The notes under the pieces are model-generated. The model was given only the letters and a program-made list of their open reading frames with translations, searched no databases and was not told where the DNA came from. The position numbers and the translations under genes are program-made. This document shows positions 24,109 through 38,249 of a DNA stretch of 64,000 bases, piece by piece. Position 1 is the first letter of the stretch. Each line of letters opens with the position of its first letter. The DNA is from Yuukianura sp. NJ FZ-2021 (lineage: Eukaryota). The stretch is from contig CM102287.1 in the NCBI GenBank assembly GCA_046563655.1, forward strand, positions 7,936,001-8,000,000, read 5' to 3'.

Positions 24109-26566
24109 GTTATAAATAGTAAGCAACGAAATTGTGTAGAAAGTAACTTTCATAAAAGAAATTATGCGAAATATGTATTTTGGGTTTTGTCTCTGAAAGT
24201 TAGGTGAAGATTTGGTTACTGGCGAAGGAGGGTAGAGTTAAATGCTTGCGGTGTGAACAAAATTGATGTGTACGAAATTGATGTTGACGAAATTGCTCGG
24301 AGCCGATTTTCGGATGCTGCGGGGGAGGATAATGCCAGGGAGAAAAGCAAATAAGGGAGGATTAGGAAGTCAAGGCTTAAGAAGGGTTGAACACTCTGGA
24401 TCCGATTCCTCTGTTTACACGTATTTCCTTTCATAATTGGATCTTCCTAGACAGCCAACATCTCATCTCTCCAAGATCATCCCACGTCTCAACCAAGACA
24501 AATAAGTTAGGCACCTAACCTAACCAACAGAATTAGGCTAGGCACCTAACCTATACCTCCCACCCACGCATCACCCCTAACATGAAGATCTAGGACAAGA
24601 CGGCATCTTTCCTGCCTCAGCTTTTAATAAGTTCTGGATCTCAGTGACACGACGTCTACCAAAACGTCTGTGACTGATGAGACACCAAGTCCTGGCCAAA
24701 AGATGCACAACTTTCAATTTCTTCAACCAAAATGCATCTGTCAAAGACCCACCTCTGGATTAACTCTAAATTACTTTGTAAGCCATCCTCCCCTCCAGAA
24801 ACAGAATCTAAAACATTGGGGTATCGCAGGATTTACACTCTCATGTCAATCCGTCAAGGTTCAAAATTTTGTTTTGTTTTTTTTTTCTGAAAAACTGAAA
24901 ATCTGAAAAGTATGAATCAAACAAAAGGATGATTTTTTCGAATTGAGGCAACAGAGGTTAGGATAGAGACAGTGACAATAGATTCTTTTGCATTTTGGTT
25001 GACTTTTGACCAAGAAAAAGAAAGAAAACGTGACAATCATTTCCAAATTTCCAACCCTTCACTTCACACAAGAGTTGACTTTTGACTTTCCTTTTGTTTC
25101 CCCTCGCGTGTGCCTTTCTTCTGAACAAGATTTTGAACTTTATTTAGATTTCTATTGATTTGAAACCCACAGAGTCCAAGGAACTTTGTTTTGAGTGGGC
25201 GTTGGCTGGAGACATCATTAGAGGACTCAAGTCCTTAAGGGCTCTCTGGCCCTTCATTCCTTGTGGTGACTCTGGGGAAGTGTCCGTAATTGACACTCCA
25301 AGTGTCACATCACCATTATTCAGATCATCGACAAGGATATCACTTTCATCAGTGGTTTGTGGAACCATGCTTAACTGACCCCTTCGTGTTTAAGGGCTCA
25401 TCCCATTGTCACTTCTAGACCACACACAAAGGATATGTCCATCCATAAGGTTCTGAATACAGTCCATATTTAGTATACCCCGATTTAAATAAAATATTTT
25501 ATAAAAAAAATAATAAATAATTAAGTATTTAGGTATTTAATCTTACCTGACATAAAACTACAAATTGGAATCACTGAAAATATAAATAGAAGCTGAACCT
25601 TAGCAAATTCCAACAACTTAGTGGCTAACCTACGGTACATGCAACTGCAAATTTGTTCTACCGCACTACAAATATCCACAAACTTAAAATAAAAACGGAC
25701 TTTATCTTACCCAATTTTGAAAAATAAGTTGCTAAAAACCAATTTCAAAAATCCCTACTTAATTTTTGTTTTAAAAAGTAGATACCTGTTGAAAGTCAGA
25801 GTTTTGTTCATCAAACTCTTTAAAAAGAAATTAATCAAAAAAATATTTTTTAGTGCAATGATAGTTCAGTTTCCTTTCCCATTTGAATCGAGAACTTTCT
25901 CCTGTACTTTGTGTGTGCCTTGGGTGTTGTGTGAAAGTGTTTATTGTGGATCCTTGTTCTTTCCGTCCCTTTTGCTCATGGTTTCTGGGTTCCTGGGAGT
26001 GGGTTTTGGCTAGGAATTGAACGGAGAGTGGCTCACAAGGCAGCTGAAGGTGGAGCACCCTCAGAAGGCTCCCACCAAACTTCTAAAAAAAAACTTACAT
26101 CTCATGCACAAGCAACAGAATCAACCACAAGCATAACCAAGCCACATCATCTTCCTCGGTGACTCTCCATCACCGAAACAAATTACCAATTTAAAAATAT
26201 TCTTACCAAATGTTTAAAAAAAATCATTTCAAAAGTGCGTTTGAGCATTCAAGTGAAAGCAAAACTTTGAACTAGCATTGAGAGTTTCTGGGTTTCAAAA
26301 TTTTTCAGTTTAAAATCTGAATGTGGAAGGACTTCATCGAAATAGTGCTAAGTTACTATGCTTCGAATCAACCTATCGACCTAGAGAGAATTTTTGAGAT
26401 CGCTAACCAAGCAAAAGTTTTTCGGCTGGTGTGACCGTTTTCCTTCAAAAATTACCTACGTTTGGAAAATTTTGAGCCAAAATGGAATTTTGTTGAAACG
26501 AAAGTGAAAAGTGAAAACAATTGACAGTTTAAAGCAGATTTTGAGGAAAAACTTGACTTTAAAAAA

Positions 26567-29500
26567 ATGAGCTCATCTTCCAGTGCATGTACAATGATTT
26601 ACGGTCACAACGGTTCTGGTGGGTCACAGGCGAGTGACCCCTACTCATCCCTAGTTCATTCCCACCATCATCAAGCCCAAATACAAAATTATTATGGCAC
26701 GACAGGATCCGAATCGACACATTCGTCATCCGAATCTGGAACGCCAGAACAACAATCAGCCCTCGCCTACTCTCACTACGCTGCAAGCGATTACTACCCC
26801 TACGCCAATTCCTCCTCAGTCGATCCTACTCCAATTGTAGCACTGGACAATGGACTGAGCTATACAAATCTAGATGGATCCACCGGAGTTGGCTACCAGC
26901 CCCACCATCACGGTTACCACCAAACTCAGCCCACCATATACGCTGGCACTCCCTATGACCTCAACAGTGTCCCAGGTCATTCTCCTGACCCCATCACAGT
27001 GTCACCTACCCTCTATCACCATTCCATTTATGCCCCAAATTCTCAAGGTCATCATTTTCCCCATGGAGACTTGCCACCCCCGCCCATAAAAGCAGAGTTT
27101 AGTAGCCGCAGTTCAGTCAGGGGTCAACAGAATGTGACCCCCACTAGTACAAATGACCTCTGTGCTGACCCACTAAGCAGTTACTCATTTTCAAATGGCC
27201 TCAGTGGGTCAACATACTCGTCAACACAAAGTTCCTGTCTCCTGAGTCCTAATGGTGGGGCCAGTAGTGGGAGTGTAGTGGCGTATCCTAGCGTTCCGGC
27301 ACATCATCACCTCCTGCAGCATCATAATCCGCATGGAATCCCACCGCTGTCAACCAATCAGCAGCATCCAATGCACCACCAGCAACTAGGAAGCATTTGT
27401 ACAGGAAATTCATCCCCCTCTGCAAATCATTCTCTCCAGCATCAGCAGCATTCCCAGCAGCATCAATCCTCGCAGCAGCAACCTACCCCGCCCCCCGGAA
27501 TAACTACTTATAAATGGATGCAAGTCAAACGAAATGTTCCAAAACCCAATCCACCAGGTAAGAATTGGCGTTTGCGGTATAGAATTTCAATTTTGAGTTA
27601 GTTTTAAGTTATGCTCTGCTGATCTTTCAATCTTGATAACCAAGAAGTTGTTTTTACTCAACTTCAACAGTTGATGACCTCAAACAGTTCAGGTCATAAT
27701 ATACACCTTGTCTAGATTTCCACTACGTTGGGTTAGCCAGATTTGTGTGGAGATGATTATTCACTGCAGGTCTGATTTCTTTTTCAGGTTTAACAAAAAC
27801 TGGCAAGGTGTTACTTTTCTGATTTATGTTTAAAAAAGTTCATAAAGAAGATTGAAAATTTAGCTTCGTGACAGATGACACCTTAATCCGAACAATCTAG
27901 TGTTATCATTCAACATGTCAATCAGAAACTCAGTGAAATTGACTATTGAATTTGAGTAACAACGTGGAAAACTTCCTAGCATTTGCTTTCTCTCAAAAAC
28001 TTTACACAAAGTTATTAAAATTTGTTCAGTTTAAAAATCTTATGTTACACGAACCAGTTAGCGGCTTAACAAAAACTAAAAATTCAATTCAATTGAACTA
28101 AAATTCGGATACTTGAGCAATTGATGCAAACATTTTTTGACACGAAGACCTCCCACAAATCAAATTCCTAAATCGTTAAAGATTTGTAAAATTTTGAAAT
28201 TAATTTTGACGACCTGTCAAATCCAAGTTTTCTTCATTGTGTTTCGATGCCCGCTTTCTCCGTCTAATCAAATCCACAACATAAATCTGTGACTTTGATG
28301 TATCTCCTACACACCTTGTGCACTTCTCTTCATGTCATAAGTAGCAAATAGACTAAAAAATAATAGAAATATAGATATTTCAAACTAATCCAGTTACATC
28401 AGTAGGTAAATAGAAAATTAGCAACTGACATGTTTTAGAAACCGACACACAGGAATTACGTTGACAAATTCGGATTTTGTGAAATTTCGATTTTCAGATT
28501 TTCTATTGGATTTAGCAGACCTAGGGGGATCATGAATTTCGGTTTTCATGCTTTTTTTTTTCAAAATACGTTGGTAATCCATCCTCTTGTGCCTGCCATT
28601 GTTGTTTTGTTGAAAATTGTTGTTCCATTGGTCATGTTAGCACCCACCCTACGCTGCTTTTGAATAGGGTGATGATCCGAAGAAAGATGGGTGATGTTCA
28701 AAATGATCTTCCAAAAATGTCCATGTTTCCATGTTTCTGCACCCCACTAGGTTAAGTCTTCGCTCGACTTAGGATTTTCAAACTGTCATGGCAGTTCAAC
28801 ACACATTAGTCACAGTATATCACAACATCGGCCCCAGTCAAAAAACCAGAAATCTAGTCTTTACTATTTTTTTTTTATAAATCTAGTTCCTTCATTTCGC
28901 GAGAACAGTAAGTTTGAGTTATCATTTCCAGAACATTCAAAATTTTGAATTCGATCAATGTAGTTCTTTCCAAAACTGAAATAATCTACTGCCTTGGGTA
29001 GGTCGCGCAGTCACTACTGCAGGAAAGTTATCTTTTGTCAAAATTATTAAGTTTTTTTTTGGAAGTTGACCTGTCTCGTGACCTCTGGTGTCCTGATTTT
29101 GACTTAAGAGGGGGTAAGAGTTGGGGGTTGGAGCAGAGGGGGTAGTAAAGTGTGTCATTAATGGAACAGCGTTGAGGAGATAAGAGAAAGCAGGCCGTGT
29201 GCTGGAGTCATGCAAAGTGAAAGCGGGAAAGTCAACTGACATGCAATCTTCCAGGACAGAGGCACTCTGGAAGTCAAGTCACAAGTCAAACACTGGAAGA
29301 ATATTACACCCTGCTCCAGGTTTTCACAGTTGGAAGCTCATTGTTCAAACAATAAAAAAAGAAAAGTCTAAAAACCTCCAAAACAATCAATTTATGCTAA
29401 AAAAGACTTCATGGCTTTCCAATAGAGAGTTCATGGAATCTGAAAATCTCGCTTTCAACTGATTTTCAACAGAAATAAACTTTAGCGGAGTTAACATTTA

Positions 29501-31206
29501 GAGGCCATTCTTAGAATTATTGAGGCCCATTCACAGTCGATTTTTCCACATAGTCGCTTACAATAGTAAAAGCGATTGTTAGGAACGATGCCACTATGGC
29601 CAGCTTCGTGTTACGCTTTGTAGAATTCAATGGACGTGGCCAGTGGCCACTAAATTTGAAAATTTGGTTTGAGTTAATGAGGAAGCAAAGTTTGATTGAT
29701 TTAAAAGTAAAACAACTACATCTGTGAAGAAATCGAATTCTGGGAAGATTATAGTGGGGTGACGAATCCGAGGCGGTGGCGATTGGAAATAATGGATGAG
29801 GTGTTTGTTAGTTGTAGAGGCTAAAATGAAAATTCTGTTAAAGGCCACTGGGGCCCTGTCCAACGTGGGACAAAAGTTTTAGAAATAAAAGCCTCCTGTC
29901 CAATTTCCAACCAGACTGCTTCCAACCAAGTCCAAAAAAGTTCAGAACGAACGTGTACAAGAAAAGGGAAAAGTTCGGAGAGAAAGAAGGCCCCATTGTA
30001 CATTTTCCTTTCGCTGAATTACAAACGCTGGATGTCCACTTGAATGATGGATGGGATCCAATCCGCTTTTTCCTTCTCAACGAAAAAAAGCGAAGCAGTG
30101 TCAAGAATTTCGGTGACTTGAGTGTAGGTCGTAGGCTTCTGCTGCAGCCTAGGCAAGAGTAGGGTATTTCAGAACAGATTCTACTACAACTCGGTTCTAG
30201 GACTAACAAAATAACAAGTTTTAGCTTCCGAAGTATAGACATACGGACAGCCACTTCTCAAAGTTGTTCCTATTCCAAAAACTTTAATGCTGTTCAAAAT
30301 CCTTTGGTTGAAAAAGAAAAAGTTCTGGCTTCAACTCGAACATTTTCAAGAAATCGAGAGAAGTTTGAAGAAAATTGATGAAAAAATGAAAAATTGTTTT
30401 GGTTTTAGAATTTTTGTTTGTGGCAGTTACAATATTTTTTGCATCGCAAGCGACATGATACGTGACCTTTGACCTCTTTCTGCAGAGATTCACTAATTCA
30501 CTGATTCGTGCTATTTCTGGTGTTTATTAGTGACGCAACGCCAAGGGTACCTGGGAAATGGCGGGATACTGACAACCAATGGAACAAATAGTTGTCTAAT
30601 GGACGTCATTGGTCAAGCCAATCCACACCAAGGACTCAACCAAGGTGGAAATGGCGGCGGAGGAGCCGCCGGAAGAACAAATTTTACGACAAAGCAACTC
30701 ACTGAGCTCGAAAAGGAATTTCATTTCAACAAGTACTTAACGAGACATCGGCGGATTGAAATTGCCAACACGCTTCAGCTGAACGAGACTCAGGTGAGCT
30801 TTTTCTGGAAATTGTGGCGGAAATTCCTTAAGTTGAAAGAAAATTTGTCGGGCTTTTGCTGGAGAAAGTCTTTTCCCTCCAGTGTAGACTCTTGGCTTTG
30901 ATGGATCGGTGTCTCTGCTTTCCCTATACTAACATTAACTCTAACGTTGTGTAGGTGAAGATCTGGTTCCAGAATAGGCGGATGAAGCAGAAGAAAAGGC
31001 AGCGTGAAGGATTGGTGCCTTGTGACCCGCCAGTGACACCGCCAACTAATGGAACATCCCCCAAGTCCCCCGATACCCCTTCTGAGAACTCAAACAGCAG
31101 TTGCCCCCCGGAGACATGCAAGATGGAACCCACGTCGCCCGGTGGGGCTTCACTTTCCGCCACCAGTCCATGTCCCACCCAGCTCCACCATCTACAGCAA
31201 AAGTAA
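26567..31206 (+). CDS. lab: Hox paralogy group 1 homeodomain protein Labial; exons 26567-27557, 30531-30793, 30955-31206
   Basis: NGLSYTNLD motif, hexapeptide [13 protein letters not shown], homeodomain [56 protein letters not shown] with the intron between Q44 and V45; splice phases compatible. Confidence 0.97.
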
Positions 31207-32329
31207 CAGAAATATGTATCTTATGGCCTTGGTTTCAACATTGTTGAGGTTAGGTTTTTACTTAGCAGGATCGTCGTGTACTTCAAGCCAACGGTGTGGC
31301 TCCTCCCTGGTTTTGTTAGTCAGGAAGATTAATGAATTGTGATCTAAATTCTTATTGTTTTTCAAAAAAGTTACCAACCATTATTGCAAACAATGCAAAA
31401 TCAAGGTCAAATCTTAACAAAGTTAGGATTCAGTTCAGTGTTAGAACTTAAATTCTAAAAAAATCTAGATATTCAAAAACGTTTGTTTTCTCTAAAATTC
31501 AGTTGAATTTAGCGACCATAAGACACTTCGATTCCTACAGAAATTCAGAACATTCTCAATGCCAGACCACGGAAATTAAGAAAAAATAAACATTTCAAAC
31601 AAAATCCAAAAATTTCAGTTAAGATATGTCAGTGCTAAAACGCCTTCTTTTGAAAATTTGAGCCATTACTAAGCGTCTCAAACCGTGTGGTTCATGCTTA
31701 GAAGCAGAACTGCTTCATTGGCCTTCAAAATTTCAAAAAAAATTGAAATTGAGAATCTTTGGACACTTTGAAAATGAACATTCTAAAATTAAACAAGGTT
31801 TAAACTTTCTCCGTAGAATGCACGAAATCGAAATCCCAAGATTTTGCAACTCCCGAGTCCAAAATTTGTCTTGGATTTTCTCAAACGTAGTTTGACTTAT
31901 CTGGGTCGATAAGTTCTGCACGAAAAGAGTAAATTTGCACACTTTCGTTTAAATTACCAGGAGTGACATAGCCTAAGTATTGAGGTAAGTGGTTCTTATC
32001 TGTCTATTGTATTTTGGACTTGGATGGGGATATAAGAGAGCATACTTGATAACGGAATCCACCCTAAGTACCAAATTCACGTTGTAACTCTAAGGAAAGG
32101 GCAGTTCAAACGAGTTATTGCTTTTGTGTTACAAGGGGATTGACCATTGACCTCGTCAGTTCTTCATTTTCTACTTTCCAAAAAAGTTCATGATTTCTAT
32201 CTCACAACGATTGGGGATTGGGAAGTGAACAGTGGAGCTAATCAGTATTGGTTAAGTTTGGCGTAAAATATTTACGCTAGACTACAATTTCAAAATTTTG
32301 AAAAAATTCTTAGCCTCACATTTTTGAAA

Positions 32330-33171
32330 ATGACTTCCCTGGAAAAGTTTGTTTTTGCGGATGTACTGGAGAGGGAAGGAAACATTGTTAGCAGAAAAGA
32401 AAAACGCCTGATTCTAGCTTACGAAAATTTGTTCGAAATGCCTCAAAATCTCGTAGCTGACTACGGAACTACGACTGAAATCTTAGATCTGAGTTACAAC
32501 AAATTCACGTAAGATTTAAAAAAAGTTTATATACTATGTTAAAAAGTTGTAGGTAATTTTTAAAACTTACCGTTGCTGCTTCCAGGAATCTCCAATTTTT
32601 GAATCACTTTGAAAATTTAACGACATTGGTCATCGACCACAACAATCTTGATGCTCAAGTTCGGTTTCCAGTGATGCCCACGGTGACGACGCTTTGGATG
32701 AACCATAACGCCGTGGAAAAGCTGGATCCGCTGATGGAATCTCTGTCAAAAGCGTTTCCATCTTTGAAGTTCCTGTCGCTGATGGGTAATGCTGCTGCTC
32801 CAAGTTACTTGAATGGTGGTACTTACTACGAGTATCTTCAGTACAGGTATTTCCTAAAACAAATTAAGAAGCACCAATTGCAATTGGACTTTTGTTATAA
32901 ATATTTTGTAATTTTTAGATTTTACGTGATTTCATGGCTGTCGAAGTTGGAATACTTGGATGATCGTCCAGTCACTAAAGATCAGAAGGAAGAAGCACTT
33001 CGTCTCCATAGTCGTCCATTATTCAAAACGCTCACAAGATTGCCACCAATTCCAGAATACTTCACGCAAGTTCAAAGGAAGGTCAGGGACATTCTGGACT
33101 GTTGGACTCCTAAGCAACGGCGTCCGACATCACTTGCACTTCCATCTTCATCTTCCAATCGAGTCATTTGA
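32330..33171 (+). CDS. Leucine-rich repeat protein, LRMDA/C10orf11-like; exons 32330-32508, 32586-32846, 32919-33171
   Basis: LRRs (ILDLSYNKF, LTTLVIDHNNL, VTTLWMNHNAV, LKFLSLMGN) then AAPSYLNGG and an LRRcap YRFYVISWLSKLEYLDDRPVTKDQKEEA; GT-AG introns. Confidence 0.8.
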
Positions 33172-33572
33172 ACCTCTCACCGCTCTTATTTATTAATTGT
33201 AATCCTTGTTCCTTGTCTTTTTTTGAAGAGTTAACCTATATTTTGCTTAAAACGCAGTAACGTTATTCATAACAAATTGAATTTGTCCATCCAAGAAAAA
33301 TATTGTTCGAAATATGTCGAACGCTGTATCCTGTTTGTATTTTTAAGGAACTGGAACAGAATAGGAAGCCCTGGAATCCTTAATCCACGATTTGTGCTGG
33401 AAAACATGTTGAGAGCTTAAAATAAATTAATTATTACAATTAAAAATTGAGACGGGCTACGACACGACGTTGTAGGCACTGGAATTGGAAATGGTTGAAC
33501 GATAAGACCAGTCTTGCTTTCATAATGAATTGTTGATGATGCGAACTTTCAAGTAGCCCGTCCATGTTGTGG

Positions 33573-36093
33573 TCAAGCAGCACCGTCCACGGAAATGACT
33601 GCTGGACTTGAGCGTCCTGGTTGGTCCCGAAAGGCTAAACTAGTCGTTGGATACTCTACGACGATGTCCTCCGTGGCTTCTGTGGTGTAAGCCAATTTTA
33701 GTCTGAGGCAGTTGACAGTGTCTAGTGCTGCTGTGATGAAAGCCTGTCAAAAATTAAAGATCATGAGGAAAGTTCAACCTTTAGAACAAATTCCTAGGTA
33801 AAATTCGGCTGACCTTGTCCACTGCCCTGTTTGGAATGAATCGACTGAGCTCCAATTCAACGTCCATCAGCCAGTTAAAGTCAGTATGTCGCGGGTTTAC
33901 TGCAGCAGGAGACAGCACCCAACCTCCAACGCCATTTGTTCCCCTGAAATAAGTCAAATACATTTTGGAAAACTGAGCAGCATGTTTTTATGTTTTAGTA
34001 TTTTTAAGTTTCGTGAGCGATACTTACCTAACTATATTAGACATTATAGGTTTGTCGCTGTGCTTCACAGAAGTTACAGCAAGGACATGTGATCCATCAG
34101 GCGACACTGTATAATGTCGTAGAGTTACAAAGTCTCTTGCAGAAATCAAACCGCCAGCACCTTCTTTGGTCACTTGATAACTTACATCTGTGCACTCATT
34201 CAGCACCTAAACAGAAACACCAAGAAAGTAATACCATTTAATTGTACTAGCTAAATACAATTTGATGTCTTTAGCTTACCTCAATTACTTCACAATAGCT
34301 GACTGCACTATTCCAAGTCGACATCCTTTCCACATTATTAAATAATTCAAGCATTATCTTCTTTTGAGGTGCTAAAATTGTACCCTGCATATCCAATCCA
34401 CGTTAGAAATTGAAAACAACATCTTTACATCTGAGGTTAGTTAAGTTAGTTGAATTAATCGAGAAATTACTTACCGAAATCATGAATATCTTCCGGTGGA
34501 GTTTCTTGGAATACACCCTATCGCCATTTTCTAAAACCTTCTCCATGGTCCATCCGAATGACTTGACTTTGGAAATCAATTCTCTTGCAATGATCGGCCC
34601 TTGTTGAGTCCACAATTTGTTCTGGAAGAAAACAAAAGGAATCAATTACATGTCAAACGTGGAAAGAACTTTATCCATACTTCTACAGATTCTGAGTTTC
34701 GGTTTCCCAATTTTCTTCTTCGGTCCATGGCATCGTCCATGTCTGACTCATTCTCCGAATCGGAGTGATACGGAGACTCCAGCGGCGAATAAAATTGTGA
34801 GGCCGACTCTGGGTAACTTCTGAAGGCTCCAGGCGTTCTTGCTCGCTGTGCTCCAACCCAACTGGCCACAGCACCACCACCATTTGCACGAGCCAGCTGA
34901 CCTGTTTATATACAAAAAACGTAATCTCGATTTCCAATCTTCCATTTCATATTCATTGACTTTTAAAACAGGAAGAGAGAGTGAGCAAAAATCTGTAGAA
35001 ATCTCTTTTTCCAGTAACTTTAACGTCAATTCAGATGTTGCAACTTATTCCGTTTTGACGGTTTCGCAAACTTACGAGATAAGTAGATCGCCGCTTGTCT
35101 TTCTATTGGAACAACTCGAAAGTCGAGAAACCACGCCTCTACCCATGCGATGACGAAACTACTTAAAACGAGGAGGACTGGCCAAGGACTCCCTTGACCA
35201 TACTCGGCCCACTAGAAGAATATTAAGCATATTATTGTAGATATTATGCATTAGTCATAATTACACTAAGTAAATGCTGACATTTAAAACATTACCTCAA
35301 AAAGAAGCACCTTTGCAACCAAGAAGGCACAAGAACCCGCGGTAGAGCACTAGAAACAGACGGGATTAAAATGCATAATCTACTTAGCACAATGAACTTG
35401 GAACGTGGATCTCAATTTCTCAATGTTGCCCAATCTTAGCAATGGTGGTGTCACGTCAGCTAATGCTAATGCTAGCTTGTTCGATTTCTTACCGCAACGG
35501 GAAACCAGTGACGACAGCTAAGTACGGCATAGAAAAGTATCAAAATCACGAATCGACTTCCCGCACACATCTACATAAATGAATTCCAAAAGAAGCTGAG
35601 ACTTCTAGAAACATTTGAAAAAGCGTTATTTTTTTTTGCTCACCACCATATCAAAAATGCTGATTTCCAGAGAATAATGTAGAATTTCTCCTTCAAAAGC
35701 TACAACCAAATTATGATCTCCTTTTGCCTGTCAGGAATCAAAAGCAATTCAGAATTGAAAACATCTTTGGGTTTCTATCGTACAATCTGAGTCAAATCAC
35801 ATAAACGATGAAAGGTAAAACTTACTTTGGATTCACTTACTAAAATCACACAAAGCGCCCATAAGAGTGACGTAAAAAGTAGGTCAAATGTGACCAATAG
35901 GCAAAAGAATCTTCGGACCGGTGACAGATTCCATCCTTCCTGAGTCCCTAGAATCACTTCTTCTGAGGGAGCTTGAGGAAAGCTATGACAGATCAAATAA
36001 TAAACACAATTGGAATCCAAATTTCAAATGTTTCCAAAGTCAAATAATTTTAGTTTTTATAAACACAAAAGCTAACCTGTCGTACGTTTCCAT
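33573..36093 (-). CDS. STARD3: StAR-related lipid transfer protein 3 (MENTAL + START domains), multi-exon
   Basis: MENTAL start LSPVRRFFCLLVTFDLLFTSLLW; FFAT-like QFYSPLES (human GQFYSPPES); START motifs YQVTKEGAGGLISARDFVTLR and RGTNGVGGWVL...FNWLMDVEL. ATG inferred at 36093, stop at 33573. Confidence 0.9.
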
Positions 36094-37290
36094 TCTTGAA
36101 AACTTGATTAATGACATCCAGCACCACTACCAGTCAACAAGTATTCAAGATTGAATATACCCATCTCTTCTGTCCACTACCTGGAAAATATAAGTGTCTA
36201 AATTAGTATATAGAAAGAGCTCAATTAACGTTCACTTTCACAATCCAGAACAAAATTCCTGCCGTAGATTTCAGAATTTCGGCTTTCTAAAGAAAAAAAC
36301 TGCTTGCGTGTATTCTAAACCAATTCACATCCACCAGATACAAAAATATTTATGTTCCATTCACCTTCATTAAACAAAATTATTAGTCATATGTTTAAAT
36401 TTACCTTATTACATGATTGTTGCGTAAGTGTGATTCATCTAAAACGATGATAATCCGTCTGTGGCGGTCGTTGGTTGACTCACCGCTCTCAAGAAGATGA
36501 TTCCCGAGATCAATGAAGAAAACCCTAACAAAAATAAGAGACTTTCTTTAAAAAACGAGTTTTACAGAATTTTTCAGGTGTGGATTTGCAATAAAGCTTA
36601 ATCTCAGAGATGTTAGTTATGGATGGAGGGGGAAATAGACGAGACGGGAGGACACAATTGCACAATTAAGCACTTACCTTGGAGGCTACAGAGATTATTC
36701 AGAAGAGTAAGGTCAACTTCTAGTTTATAAAGAGAAAACAACAACAAAATCCAATTGAAATTGATAAATTCCCAATCAGCTGATGTGTGAAAATGTGAAT
36801 TCTTGGGGGAAGGAGATGCGCATTCCAGGATCTCCTCAGCCGAGCCGATTTTGAAAACATTAGTCACGAGGAATATCACACACCCCACCCCTCTACTCAA
36901 GTAATGTGCAGCTCAGAGAATTTAGCATAATTAACAATTAAATCCTTAGTGAAACTAATTATCTTACTTAGGAATGTAGTTATCTAGCGGTAATTTAATT
37001 AAACCTCAATTAAATTAATAGTTAAGAAGAAACGGGGGTTAGGAGGGTGGAGGGGCGCCGATCCGTGAGCTGGGGCGGCGGTGGTGGCTTTTGAACTAAT
37101 CTTCCTCATTTCCAAAAGGCATGCTTTTCCTGAGAGAATTTGGAATTTGAAGAGATCTTCTTCGTCTTCGTCATCATCTTGTTTCAATTTAATTAATTGA
37201 AATAGCTTCGGATAAACACTATTCCCGCGTGGTCAGTGTACTGAAGGAGTATCATTGTTTCTTATGGTAGAAATCGCTAACACAGAAGAG

Positions 37291-38249
<959 letters not shown>

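Noticed and set aside
23917..24153. ORF with 11-aa periodicity (YKVAVLTKLHG-like)
   Set aside because: Periodicity derives from the 33-bp DNA repeat; no evidence of a gene.
25779..25802. AGATACCTGT resembling the reverse complement of the miR-993 3' end
   Set aside because: Only about 10 nt match, no seed match or hairpin, and the wrong position in the cluster. No miR-10 or miR-993 hairpin was recognised in the window.
30486..30530. Upstream alternative acceptor for lab exon 2 (TTTCTGCAG at 30485)
   Set aside because: The 45-nt extension contains an in-frame TAA.
32847..32918. Read-through of the 72-nt stopless segment in the LRR ORF as coding
   Set aside because: Has GT..AG ends and interrupts the LRRcap YR/FYVI motif; treated as an intron.
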